Part shown: in pieces, positions 41,101-50,900 of the stretch | Position numbering within the stretch: the first letter of the stretch is position 1 | Layout: every line of letters starts with the position of its first letter | Virus record (IMG/VR): IMGVR_UViG_3300031787_000001 | Span: 222,786 to 286,785 of that record | Direction: 5' to 3' (one strand) | Length of the DNA: 64,000 bases | Program-made: the position numbers and the translations under genes | Notes under the pieces: generated by a model | Databases searched by the model: none | What the model saw: the letters and a program-made list of their open reading frames with translations, nothing else | What the model was told of the DNA's origin: nothing

Positions 41101-42098
41101 AATCTAATAAATAAATTAGATTTATAATTATCGATTTCGTCTCCTAAATTTTTTAAACTATCTAGATACCCATCAAAATCAGAACCAATTATTTTTATAT
41201 TCCAACCATCTTTAGATAATGGCCAATTATATGCAACTTGTATTAAATTTGTATTTGTTTTATCAAAATTTTCTCTTGGCACAACAAAAAATGCAGTAAA
41301 CTTTGGATTAGTTTCTCTATTAACTAATTGTTCCTCAATTTCATCTAAACTTTTATAAAACTCCTCAACAATACCATCATTTGGTCTAACTAATATATTT
41401 TCAGTATAAGTCGTGTCGCCAGAAAACGGATTACCCTTTATTTTTAATTTAAAGTTACTTTTACTGTCTGGTTGTACAAAGTCAACTATTTCGTAAGGTT
41501 GTTCTTTGATTACTGTTACATATTTCTTAAATGAAGAATAAAAGTTTCTAATATTAGTATCACCATCAGGTAAGGTATTACTTTGTGGTCTACTTAATTT
41601 TATTTCAAACGTATTAAATAGTCTAGGTAACTCAACTTCAAAAATTGTTGTGTCTCTATCAATATCGTATGATATATTATAGGCCGTATATTGATTTGTT
41701 ACAATTAAACTGTCTTTGTCTATTAAAAAAGATGCGGGATATTTTTTAATAATATTTTTAATTGATACTTCTAATCTTCTAGATAACGACCCGAATAAAG
41801 ATTTACCAGCATCATTTTTAGCATTTCTAAATCTCAACTCTCTGTCACTTTTTTTAGTCGATGACATTAATGGAGTTGAAAATTCATTTTCTTCTTCTTT
41901 TAACGTGTCTAATGTTAAAAAATCCGAAAACGGACTTGTTCTAAAATTTTTACTGTCTTTTTCAGGAATTGCTCTATCTAAAGCAAAGTTGGTATTAGTT
42001 AATTGACTAGACCCATCGGTAATTTGCACACCGACTAAACTATCACTAAAGGTTTCTCTTCCACTTGCTGCCTGACTTGGTACTTTTCTTCTTGCCAT
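35109..42098 (-). CDS. Very large baseplate/tail structural protein
   Basis: 2329 aa. Baseplate-wedge-like LAYLYKSKGTRSSIHFFLRFLG segment, four W.....RWE-type repeats, propeller region and PT linker. Confidence 0.75.
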   Translation of the reverse strand: MARRKVPSQAASGRETFSDSLVGVQITDGSSQLTNTNFALDRAIPEKDSKNFRTSPFSDFLTLDTLKEEENEFSTPLMSSTKKSDRELRFRNAKNDAGKSLFGSLSRRLEVSIKNIIKKYPASFLIDKDSLIVTNQYTAYNISYDIDRDTTIFEVELPRLFNTFEIKLSRPQSNTLPDGDTNIRNFYSSFKKYVTVIKEQPYEIVDFVQPDSKSNFKLKIKGNPFSGDTTYTENILVRPNDGIVEEFYKSLDEIEEQLVNRETNPKFTAFFVVPRENFDKTNTNLIQVAYNWPLSKDGWNIKIIGSDFDGYLDSLKNLGDEIDNYKSNLFIRFLTSPQLYEFDSDEKKAESVFQLYGQSFDKIKKYIDNIAYMRNVSYDGINNLPDILLKNLAENLGLTTVSLFDEDTLDSALYSRSRSNYSSQSIGKNLIEAEYEFYRRLLVNLAYLYKSKGTRSSIHFFLRFLGAPEPLIRIDEYIYRVTSMPNSSDLENDIYDVLQRSKFLTTALFSPTTYLYTKNIEQGLTTFNREGYPVDEKTGLPRRAFDPISDIFFQKGSGWYDMTLKHRTPDILDEENSILTGRTKTIKTKAKPYSYGEEYFDVFRTLPGLDTGYGLDSEIDNVKASFYDGNSSYVLNRKNIEVYLSPSRAIDYDIWRKSRDLLLTFGSNTLYPQTGVTFAEFLEKTLHSQLKNSHVIRYKKNYIALEDVYTSYFTSTGFTSYNYIDSHEFIQRMSPYWMQILDQVIPATTLWTGGNLIDNNFFGRPKYKYNLGCQPKTIVENLYPNFGDAINEDLETILGEEENFRGLINITGVTYCPIIEIDGYVFSGHPYCVLVSGTTNTSNSAKLFNPMPMTGCTILPDSGTTALPLICDYKEFVDPDVDKIKELWVVALSGLVENVVNKFTTGYTAGYENYEPFLQQPNSTYTWEYKPKLTFEFFTDIDGKEKVRFTSIKYDFNDCSVEDYFIYRFDTEYTPINPICNNDLDINVNTTECQTDYCPIIDLDIVLKNNVGIQKGGFGSSTYYHSDCMFITGKTGTTSTGIKFGEVDNCKISISGASLSKKIELNFLDAANCETKISIDGFQKKYEHNESKEYYQQFVINTYMSGCSLPCSGETLISSQTAVTFCDNFIDCIFVPRLKYEPSYDYGLLSDSKVLKIVGQFPIIQIENGTIDYNAIVHYINFGDIEITNVEDVVVGDILLTATYKPCNFSYQDFKLAYLYGYAFTFQYDYNEVKSIECLGSVKKSLITGRTVNNTTTVIEVLPTTKLRVYTNKIVDGGIVTKTDYFLDERIPEHLQLPGETPPEPCCPYPKDYYENYGDFLLNVDGFPIEVIAVDLDYCEPNMYYNFNFETSGRDVPVGEDLIIFNGNDSHQVLLQHKYQTHVSNLIEDCPQQFYSDIEDCPTEYFTEPTICFEIAAEAFSNPEFVTVSPGVIVNEKPSYIFSPKNDTFVYYVSWSINNNRWEYRSSLNSGTLYQYNENPNLPIVEGSYSWNIIDLPSASYQIINSISGNCIPPTQQLPDDCSDEICSDICLIGTYSSTTQYTSYIYEIFGVYNNRNYYKSTDVNFPYYLIWNSGTTRWENWENFDVNVGTSGTLYSYLNYSGNTPISSSQYQWVYDYNPELGAYITTVNDCPPQVCFTYDPGETFGNMGSNVNLRYPAGYHDGKYYYSLGYTNTGTGMTYPFGVVVWNSGTTRWENYSNYDVVNKIPDTVYGVLSYLNVNLDTPTNEPTENWIRIEDQFGLVNSQLNDCLPELCFYLTSGNSSNFIFSGQSYTYYDGKINYMLISLSIPGFITYVVWNSGTTIWEHRETYDLFTNTVGGQIYGYLGNNSEYPVSNDTYIWTGNTSSTLPLSGISSVGECSIPSNLILPECSVLINDDSNDVYYYDYSSNTKTNLGTFIFSADIAHTLNKMWLYNSFIYEWDISTNPWSTTFNRIVSLPSGINIGAGLCAINDTKLLSSSYNGISGLWEIIEIDVSNSVATVNVIFSLLPTESIAGDIMFTTNNKILITITKLGGVFLVQYDYNTGLFETSSDLNTTATTPYGIFQDNGSLYVANVDGKIYNIPLTYPHTPTLIQTIPSLVVYGASQIPECCTAELQLAPTPTPTATPTPTPSPTPTETSTPTPTSTSTPTPTSTPTPTSTSTPTPTSTSTPTPTSTSTPTPTSTSTPTGTLPVSGLIWTTTKNTSGVTGCETAEWVVSPNNLCVRFNIADSLNCGGTCDITQNGTATATITVGPVDTYLHLSFSGLAELQDTGYENIAFYLDGTLLASATSQDLNQGCTMGPVIQNIIVPGPYFLSAGTTHTLFIDFTTDDPLFHLGSYYEICLNFTT
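35592..35803. repeat. Pro-Thr linker tandem repeat
   Basis: Repeated gtactagtaggtgttggc-type units. Confidence 0.85.
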
Positions 42099-43018
42099 TA
42101 TATATTTGTAATAGTATCAAAATCTAATGATTGGTCAATATCTGTTTTTCTTTCTCTAACCTCATACAATGTGTCATTTAGATCATCTTTAATCTCATAC
42201 AAGTTGTATTGTCTATAGATATTGTTATTATTATCGTAAATCGTATAGATACCCGGTGCAACCGCCTTAGTTTGATTACCATAAAGTGCGTGTGCTAATG
42301 TAGTTGCATCATGTTCAACCATCTCGATTTCAATTGTAGTTGGATTTAAAAAAGTATTTGTTAAAATAATTTTTTGTGATGGTTGTCCAATAAAAGGTAC
42401 CGTATTTGGTTTACTGGATGGTGCGGAGGACGGTGTAACAGTAAGAAACATTAAATTTGTCGCTTGATCAGTGTACTGATATCTTATCGCTTTTTGAGTT
42501 GTATTTGTCAAATTTGATGCAATTGGTGTACAATAAAATGATGAAGTTACGACTCTATAAAAATTTGGTATTTTAGTATTGTTATTTGTGTTGATATACT
42601 CTATTCTATACCCAACCAATCCTTGTGGTGTGAATTTATTTCTATCTTCGGTTGGAACGTTACTTATATCAATAATTAATCCTCTAACTGAAGGTAAAGA
42701 AGCCAAAATACCACAATCGGTTATTGTTGTTCTTATTTGTTTGGGTCTAATGTGTAAGGTATATATACCTAATTCGGAAAAATCACTAGAGGATAATTTT
42801 AAATTATATAAACCACCTAATATTTCAACATTTGGTGCATTATTGTCATCGGTTGTTTCATTATTATGAAAAACCGGTGTTAAAATGTCCTGAGAGGCTA
42901 ATTTTTTTAATGTAACCTCAGATGTTGTCAATCGATTTGCAACATAATGATAATATATATCAACATCTTGTGGTGATATATCCGATGGTCTAACTATACC
43001 GTATGATCCTACTGCCAT
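42098..43018 (-). CDS. Conserved-looking structural protein (baseplate block)
   Basis: 306 aa, translationally coupled to the 2329-aa gene; TATTTAT motif upstream. Confidence 0.65.
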   Translation of the reverse strand: MAVGSYGIVRPSDISPQDVDIYYHYVANRLTTSEVTLKKLASQDILTPVFHNNETTDDNNAPNVEILGGLYNLKLSSSDFSELGIYTLHIRPKQIRTTITDCGILASLPSVRGLIIDISNVPTEDRNKFTPQGLVGYRIEYINTNNNTKIPNFYRVVTSSFYCTPIASNLTNTTQKAIRYQYTDQATNLMFLTVTPSSAPSSKPNTVPFIGQPSQKIILTNTFLNPTTIEIEMVEHDATTLAHALYGNQTKAVAPGIYTIYDNNNNIYRQYNLYEIKDDLNDTLYEVRERKTDIDQSLDFDTITNI

Positions 43019-43044
43019 GTATTTTTATTTAATAAATATATTTT

Positions 43045-43968
43045 TTATTGTTTTATTACATTAAAAAATCCATTTCCATAAATTCTTAATTCACCGGTAT
43101 TGTCTACTTCAGTTAATCTTAGATTATATTCCATAACACTAAGTTTACCTCTTTCAACAAAAATATCGGAATAGATCGTCGGTTCATCAATAAACCCAAG
43201 AAAATGTTCATTCCTTGTTATTAGATTATCGAAAACTTCTTCTTTTGTGAATCCAACGGTCGTACCCGTTATCATCGTATAACCATCAGAATAATCTTTA
43301 TAAACTAAATTGTCAATAGTATATGCACTATAACTACCGATTTCATCGACCCCGCCCGTTACCCCAGTATATGAATTTGACCCATATAACCTTTTTTCAT
43401 CTATTCTACTTCCACCTATAGCAACATACTTAAATGTTGTTTGTCCAGTGTTATTTGTGTAATCTAAATCATTTAGATAATCTTGATCACCCGTTAAAAC
43501 GGTATAAGGTATAGTAAATCCACTAAAAGTACCAAGTGGATTTGGTTTTGATATGTCTTGAGGTATTTTAACTATTTTACTTAAGTTTTGTTTTGTCCAT
43601 GGACTATCTAAACTTATCGTTATGGTGTATGAACTATATCCAATAGATGGTATTGGGTAAGTTTTTGAAACGGTAGACAGTAAATTACCTGTATGTATAG
43701 GTAATGGAGAAGACGTACCATCTCCCCAATTTATAGTGAAAGTGGCTTCTTTTATATATCTAAATTTTTCAATGAATACGGTATTATATACATCAATTAC
43801 ATTAACATTTTGTGTGTAACTAAAATTACAAAATTCTTCTATTTGACTTATTTTACCATCAAAACCGACCATGATACCCATTTCATCAACCGATGAATCT
43901 AAATATATAGGTAGGTTATATGTTAACCCCGTATTTGTCCTTAATATTTCGTATTTAGTTTTTCTCAT
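43045..43968 (-). CDS. Structural protein with PKD-like segment
   Basis: FTINWGDGT motif; located in the structural operon. Confidence 0.65.
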   Translation of the reverse strand: MRKTKYEILRTNTGLTYNLPIYLDSSVDEMGIMVGFDGKISQIEEFCNFSYTQNVNVIDVYNTVFIEKFRYIKEATFTINWGDGTSSPLPIHTGNLLSTVSKTYPIPSIGYSSYTITISLDSPWTKQNLSKIVKIPQDISKPNPLGTFSGFTIPYTVLTGDQDYLNDLDYTNNTGQTTFKYVAIGGSRIDEKRLYGSNSYTGVTGGVDEIGSYSAYTIDNLVYKDYSDGYTMITGTTVGFTKEEVFDNLITRNEHFLGFIDEPTIYSDIFVERGKLSVMEYNLRLTEVDNTGELRIYGNGFFNVIKQ

Positions 43969-44790
43969 CTATGAAAATGATTGATAAAATTTAATTGGGT
44001 TATACCTGGTACCGACTCTAGCACCGGTAGATCCACTATAACTATAAACAATATATGAATAATCAGTTCTTCCAGGTGTGTCTGTTCTATTTATTTCCAA
44101 TTTATAATACATGTCTCTAGATTCGACTATTTCAGTTGTTGGTGTTAATCCACTATTTGTTAGATTTAATATTTCACCATCCTTTGCGTTATAAAATCTG
44201 GCAGACACCCAAAAAGTATTTCCGGTTATTAATGTTTCTTCGAATGCGCTATCATCTTTAAACCAAAAAAGATACATGTTTTCTTTATTCCTATAATTTG
44301 ATCCCGAAAAAACAGGAACAAATATGTTTTTTATTAGTGGTGCAAAAAAGTATCTTTCACCTAATGGTAATGTTAGATTTTTTGTAAAAACTAATTTTCT
44401 GTTACTTCTATCTGGCACATCGTTATTGGGTGTTTTGTAAAATTCTAATCTAAAAAAACTTTCAGTTGCTACTTTTAATAATTTAGCGTTTTCATCTGGT
44501 TGTATACCAACTAAATTATAATCTAATCCATTTGTATAGGTTGTTCCTGTTGTAAAATAAAAATAAAACCAAATGTCATTTTGTGTAAAATTAGTAACTC
44601 CACTTATTGGATATTCTTCATGTATATATCTAACAGTTTCATAATTATCTATTGGGTTTATAATTCTTTTTAAACTTTCTTTTTCTAATTCTTCGGCGTT
44701 CTCTTGCCACCCGAGATCTGTTTTGAAATCGTTTTCGTTATTTATTAAGATATTTTTATCACTATCGTTTCTTAATATATTCATTAACAA
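43969..44790 (-). CDS. Structural protein
   Basis: 273 aa in the baseplate operon. Confidence 0.65.
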   Translation of the reverse strand: MLMNILRNDSDKNILINNENDFKTDLGWQENAEELEKESLKRIINPIDNYETVRYIHEEYPISGVTNFTQNDIWFYFYFTTGTTYTNGLDYNLVGIQPDENAKLLKVATESFFRLEFYKTPNNDVPDRSNRKLVFTKNLTLPLGERYFFAPLIKNIFVPVFSGSNYRNKENMYLFWFKDDSAFEETLITGNTFWVSARFYNAKDGEILNLTNSGLTPTTEIVESRDMYYKLEINRTDTPGRTDYSYIVYSYSGSTGARVGTRYNPIKFYQSFS

Positions 44791-46532
44791 TCTATTTTTA
44801 GATTTTGTGTCTTTTTAACACCATCTTGTTTATTTGTATAGTCTTCCTCATTTTTTAAATAGAAATTAATATCAAATTTTAAATAATGACAATCATTTAA
44901 AAACGGAAAATTAGTTCCAAATCCATCAACATCGACATATCCGTGATCATATAGATCTCTCCATTTCCATAAATTTTCTGATTTGTCATATATTATATTT
45001 TCAGGTAATCCATAAATTTGGTCGGTATTTGATGTTTCTATATATGGTGATAATTGTCTAATTTTTACTCTATAGTGTGGTTGATAATATAACCCAACCA
45101 AATTAGTCGGTACCGCATCCATAGCGGTATCTTGTCCATGATCAAAAATATTCAAAGGTGATGTTATTTTATGGAAAGATTCGCTTATTATCCTTTCTTT
45201 TAATTCTTTTGTATTGTATTCAACAAATGCTCCCACTAAATCTGTACCTTTTGGTATTGGGTTACCTCTATTAAATGTTATACCTGAATTAATAAATGGT
45301 GTACTTGTTAAACTATTTTCAAAAGGTGAATTTGAATCATCAAAATGTTTATCTACCCAAGTATCGTGAAAATTAAATTTGTAACCGACTTTTGGTGGAT
45401 AATTAAAATATCCGTTATCGTTTCTAAAGATTATTGATACATATAATTCTGTTGGTGTGTAACCTAAATTATTTGTTATCCCACTTAATGTGTATGGTTC
45501 TTTAAAATCAAAAAGTACTGATTCCATTCTATTTTGTTCAACCAAATAGTCAATAACACCTTGGCTATTTTCAAATAATAATTTTTTTTCATCTTCAAAT
45601 ACTGGCGATTCAAACCCCATTTTATCTAAGATGTAATCTTTTAATTCAGTTAATGTTTTGTGTCTATGAACATAGTACTTTGAAGTTGTTTCAGATATAT
45701 TATTTATATCGAGACATCTCTTTATAAAGATAACGGTATCAAGCGTTAATGATGGTGGAAATTGACTTTTTAGAATGTTTAAAACATAATTTTCAGAATC
45801 ATATATTTCGTCACCAATACTATCAACATAAAAAGTTCTATTTTCTACCGGTACCGTATTATTTAATGTTGTTTCTAAAATTGTTATATATTCTCCTTGA
45901 TTTATACCATGTGTAACTGGTGACGTAAATTTATAATATTTACCATTATTAGTAACTCTAAATGGGATACCATCTTGTGCTTGAAAAGAGTAAACTGTAC
46001 CATCAGATAAACTGTAATTTATTGGATACGTTGTGTCTCCACTATAAACATATGATAAATAAAAATTCCAATTTTTATAAGGTGCGTCAGTTTGGGACAT
46101 ACCAATATGATCAAGTCCACCATCTGTCAAAGTGATATTAGGGACGAATGCACCAGGTGTTGATCCTGATATTGGTTCATTTTTTTCTCTTAAAAGATCT
46201 GTTCTTAAAAAGGCAAATTCATTATAGTTTAGATATCCTGTAAAATCACCATCCCCACCATCACCGACTAGTGCCAAATTTCTTTCAAGTGGACCATATG
46301 TTGTGTCACCAGAATAGGTATTTCTGAATATCATTTTTATTTTACCAAATATTTTATAATTTTGACATTCGTTTCTTTCTTCATTAAAAAGTCTAGCCAA
46401 ATCTAAAATAACATCTCTGTCACCTTCTCTTAATAAATTTTTAGATTCATCTAAATTTATTCTAATTGTTAGATTTTCATCGGGTGCACTTTCAAATCTT
46501 CTATCTGGTAATATGATTTTTTTCTTATTCAT
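44784..46532 (-). CDS. Structural protein
   Basis: 582 aa in the baseplate operon. Confidence 0.65.
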   Translation of the reverse strand: MNKKKIILPDRRFESAPDENLTIRINLDESKNLLREGDRDVILDLARLFNEERNECQNYKIFGKIKMIFRNTYSGDTTYGPLERNLALVGDGGDGDFTGYLNYNEFAFLRTDLLREKNEPISGSTPGAFVPNITLTDGGLDHIGMSQTDAPYKNWNFYLSYVYSGDTTYPINYSLSDGTVYSFQAQDGIPFRVTNNGKYYKFTSPVTHGINQGEYITILETTLNNTVPVENRTFYVDSIGDEIYDSENYVLNILKSQFPPSLTLDTVIFIKRCLDINNISETTSKYYVHRHKTLTELKDYILDKMGFESPVFEDEKKLLFENSQGVIDYLVEQNRMESVLFDFKEPYTLSGITNNLGYTPTELYVSIIFRNDNGYFNYPPKVGYKFNFHDTWVDKHFDDSNSPFENSLTSTPFINSGITFNRGNPIPKGTDLVGAFVEYNTKELKERIISESFHKITSPLNIFDHGQDTAMDAVPTNLVGLYYQPHYRVKIRQLSPYIETSNTDQIYGLPENIIYDKSENLWKWRDLYDHGYVDVDGFGTNFPFLNDCHYLKFDINFYLKNEEDYTNKQDGVKKTQNLKIDC

Positions 46533-47240
46533 TTATCTTTGTATATTAAATAAATAATTCATAACACATCTTATTGATGATGATGGTTGTTTTTTTATTT
46601 CACAAATTCCATTTTCAATCATTATTTTATTATATTCATAGGCCATTCCACAAGTTTCCCAACTCATTTCCTCACCATCAGTTCTTCGGTATATGTTCAT
46701 CATTTCCACTTCATCATTAAAAATACCATTCTTACTTGGTTTCATATTATCTATTGTTTTTTTACTAAACCCATTTTCTTTACATTTACAAACAACGGCT
46801 TTACCATTTAAACTGTAAGCACCATACATTGAGGCTGTTTTTATACCACCATACTTTTCAGAAACCTCAACCAATTTTCTATGTGCCATTCCAGCGAAAC
46901 ATGTTGCAAATTGCAATGTACCATTTGTATCTAATAGACTAACCAATTCATTTAATAATAAATTTAATTTTTCATCACCATCAATTTCTTTTAACTCTTT
47001 TGAGTTTATTAAATGTTTACCTCTACCATATGTATTAATGGTAACGTACTTCAATTTATTTGGATACTTTTGTTTAAATTTTTTTATATTTTCAATAACT
47101 TCGTTTACTGTTTTAACCGGACCAATTGAATAAGTGAATTTGGAAAATGTTCTAAATAAAAGTTTATCTTTTTTATCATAATCCAGATAAACAACAACAT
47201 GATTTGGTCTTCTTTTACTAAATAAATCTTTTATAAACAT
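46533..47240 (-). CDS. Tandem paralog B, DUF4347/caspase-fold-like
   Basis: YVTINTYGRG...LQFATCFAG; starts MFIKDLFSKRRPNH. Confidence 0.6.
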   Translation of the reverse strand: MFIKDLFSKRRPNHVVVYLDYDKKDKLLFRTFSKFTYSIGPVKTVNEVIENIKKFKQKYPNKLKYVTINTYGRGKHLINSKELKEIDGDEKLNLLLNELVSLLDTNGTLQFATCFAGMAHRKLVEVSEKYGGIKTASMYGAYSLNGKAVVCKCKENGFSKKTIDNMKPSKNGIFNDEVEMMNIYRRTDGEEMSWETCGMAYEYNKIMIENGICEIKKQPSSSIRCVMNYLFNIQR

Positions 47241-47956
47241 ATTATTGTGTATTAAAAAAATAATTCATTAATCCATGAATCGCTAACCATGGTTGTGTAA
47301 TATTTTCACAAATTCCATCTTCGATAGTTCTTTTATTATATTCATAAGCCATACCACAACTTTCCCAATTTATCACTTCATTATCTGTTCTTCTGTTTAT
47401 TTCGATCATTGTTTGTTCGTCTCGTTCCATACCTCTTTGACTTTGTGGTAATTTAGATATTAAATTTTGACTATAATTTTTATCTTTACATGAACACATT
47501 TTCCCATGTTTAAATAATCTAAATAAAGAAGTAAAATAATTAGCAATCGTGTCTGGTGCAACTATTTTAATTCCATCTAATTTTTGTGACATTTCAACTA
47601 ATTTCCTATTTATTGTTCCAACAAAACAAGTACCGAATAACATTGATCCGTTTTCCTTTAACATTGGTTTTAATTGTAACAATAATTCAAAAACTTTATC
47701 GTCACCTTCTTTTGTGTGTACTAAATGTTTACCTTTACCATTTGTCATTATGATTATGTAATCTAATTTATTTGTATATTTTTTTTTAAAAATATTTAGA
47801 TCGTGTATCACATCATCAATTTTCCGATATGGACCAATGGAATGTAAAAATTTAGAAAAAATTGTAAATAATCCATTATCTGTTTTATTGTTATCAATAA
47901 AAATTATCAAATGGTTTGGTCTTCTTTTACTAAATAAATCTTTTATAAACATATTA
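47203..47956. repeat. Perfect 42-bp direct repeat (47203-47244 and 47915-47956)
   Basis: tttggtcttcttttactaaataaatcttttataaacatatta occurs at both positions. Confidence 0.95.
47242..47952 (-). CDS. Tandem paralog A, DUF4347/caspase-fold-like
   Basis: YIIIMTNGKG...MLFGTCFVG; likely start 47952 (MFIKDLFSKRRPNH). Confidence 0.6.
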   Translation of the reverse strand: MFIKDLFSKRRPNHLIIFIDNNKTDNGLFTIFSKFLHSIGPYRKIDDVIHDLNIFKKKYTNKLDYIIIMTNGKGKHLVHTKEGDDKVFELLLQLKPMLKENGSMLFGTCFVGTINRKLVEMSQKLDGIKIVAPDTIANYFTSLFRLFKHGKMCSCKDKNYSQNLISKLPQSQRGMERDEQTMIEINRRTDNEVINWESCGMAYEYNKRTIEDGICENITQPWLAIHGLMNYFFNTQ

Positions 47957-50900
47957 GAAAGGTCCGTAAAATTCAATAAATTTATCAAAGGCGGTCTTAC
48001 CTTTTCTTAATCCAAAATAATAATGAAATGGTATACCAATTTCCATAGTATGTCTTTTGACACCATTCACAGTATGTTCTTTATAATTGTCATTATATTT
48101 CTTTTCACCACTACCAGCATCAATACAATCTCTTATTGGTGGTAAAACATAGGGATCAAAATAATCATCATCCAACGGATTTGCGTTTGGATCAGGATTC
48201 ATATTACCCTTCATTAATTGTATTTTTTGGTTATATATTTTACCACTATAATAACTTTGTCCTTCATCACTACCTATATTACCAGTTGTTGATTCTCCGA
48301 AACCATGTCCTATAGTATCCCACATATAATATGGAACTCTTTGGGATACGTCACCAAGCCTTGTTGGTTCATTTAAACATTTTCTAATTAGTTCACCTGC
48401 TCTTTCAAATGTAACCGTATCGGGATCATCTTCACTAAATACAAAATCAAGACCGACTGGACCTTTACCATCAAATACCGTACTGTATTGTGCTGTGTAT
48501 GGTGAAAATGATTCTTCATATTCAAATGGAAAAATTCCCGATTGTGTATTAAAATTCATTAATTGGGCGATATCACCATCTATTAGTCCGTTTGCTCTTG
48601 CATCAAATAAATCTTGTACATCTAATTTTCCCCTTTCTTTTATTTCTTTAGATTGAACAATATATTCCATTAAATCATCTAATCCTTTATATGATGTTGC
48701 ACCTATACTTCTAGATATCGAACAATTAACATCTAACTCAGGATCGGTACATATTTCATTAATCCAAGTGTTTCTTGGTCCTAAATCAATAATTGTTGTT
48801 GGGAAATTTATTTCTCTTTTGTAATTTAACCCATTAAACAAATCACCAATTAAATTCATAAAAGGTAATGGAGTACTAAAATTTGCACCATAATCAATTG
48901 CCCTAACTTGACCATAAAATCCTTTTGTTTTGTTCGCATAATCACTCGTTAAAGAAGTATTTACACCTAATTGAGTTCCAGTTGCGGGATCGTAATCATA
49001 TTGTGTTTCTGATGCCGAATAACTCGGACTATATGGTGTAGATCTATAATAGAAATGGAGGCCCGTTGCGTCTTGAACTTTATACACACATTCTTTACAA
49101 AATCTATTACTTCCTCTTTTCATAAATTGAAAGAAATATAGTGACCCTAATAACCACGAATCATTAAATGTATATGATACCACCCCTCCACACATTAGCT
49201 TATGGAATAATTTTCTTCTTCTAAAAGATTTTAACATTGTAAATGTGTTTCCTGCTAATGGTACTATACTATAAACACCATCTCTAAATTCAGAATATCC
49301 TGATAATGTACCTCTTTGTGTTAATCCTTGATCACAATAATATGGTCCCTTTTTCTTTACTTCGCCAGCATATGCACCATTCACAATACATCTTGTTGTG
49401 GCATTTCTAAATCCTCCATTCGGATCTGTTGGCCATTTGGCATAAATACTTGCAACAGCACCAACATTACATGGTACACCACTAAAGCATGGATCGGGAT
49501 GTGATTGTAAAATATTTGTTGAATAATTTCCATCCAATTGATCCCATAAACTAGTTCCGGCACCAATAGAACCATTACTAATACAACCAACATTATATGT
49601 ACTTGAATTTGTTGGGTAACAATCACCTGGTCTACAACCCATTAAAACATTTCTCGCGGCGGCATATTCTTGTAGTGGTGTTCCGCCATTATATAACGGG
49701 AAAACAAATGCCTGTAAATTCATACTACCACCACCACCATCTTCTGTCCATTTTGTGTCAATTATAAAATCGTACTTATTACAACCTTCTTCCTCAATTC
49801 CTGATGGTAGATTTGGGTCCGGTGCTGATACGTCAGAACAATCTTCCACATATATAAGTTTAGATATAGGAAAAACACAACCATGATCTTCATGTACAGA
49901 ATTTTGAATAGGTGTATCATATCTTGTGTTAGTTTCATCGGCAAGAAAACTAGCCAAAACACTATATACCCCTCCACCTACTTTCCATCTACCATATTGT
50001 CCAGAATATATTATGGGGTAATTGGTTCCACATCCAATAAAAATATATTGTGGGTCTGTACCAATAAGTGGTGTAATTTCCAATAGATATTTTCTATTCA
50101 TAATGGCACCATCAACAGTTGACCCTGTATAATTTGAAAATACGTCAATTCCCGTACCACCACATCTATTACAATATGCCGATGTTGATGATGTGGTATA
50201 AGTTACACCAGTAAATTGTGGTGGAATTGTAAATGATTGTCCTCTTTTAGCACAAAAAACAAATGTGTTACCAGATGTTCCTGTTGGAACTGTTATAGTA
50301 TTTCCTGACGCATTATTACAATCAACAAAATTATTTATTGTAAAAGCACTTAAACCTATATTTTTAAAAGTATATGCATCACAAGGATATGTGAAATATA
50401 AAGAATCATCAGCGTTGCCGGAACAATAAGCACCGGGACTTTGTTGTGTAGCCGTTACTTGTGAACCAAAACCTGGCGGTATTGTAATGGTTTGACCTTT
50501 TTTTGCACATACTTCAATTCCATTAGACGGATTTTCTTCAACAGGAAGATATATCGTTCTACTGACATCATCGCAATCTATATATGTTAAAGTACATGCA
50601 CTTGAACTATAATTTCTAAATACATACTTTCTACATATGTCGGTATTTCTTCTAATCTCATATTTTTCTTCTACAGTGAAATTTGTGGCAACAGGTGGTT
50701 TATTTTTATAATCATCGGCCGTCGGTGCCACTGGTGGAGTTTGTACAGGTGTTTCTTCATTATCTTCATTACAATCGTAACAATCAGGATACACCAATAA
50801 CTGAAGTCTAAAAATATTTGTAAATTGAAATTCCTTACCCCTTCTAAATGTTCTAGCAGCAGCATCGTTTGACACCCCACTACTTGCTATTGCTTCCGCA

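Noticed and set aside
46533-47956. Diversity-generating retroelement or IS target-site duplication
   Set aside because: No reverse transcriptase or transposase in the window; the repeat is exact, at the 5' ends of genes, and shows no adenine-specific variation
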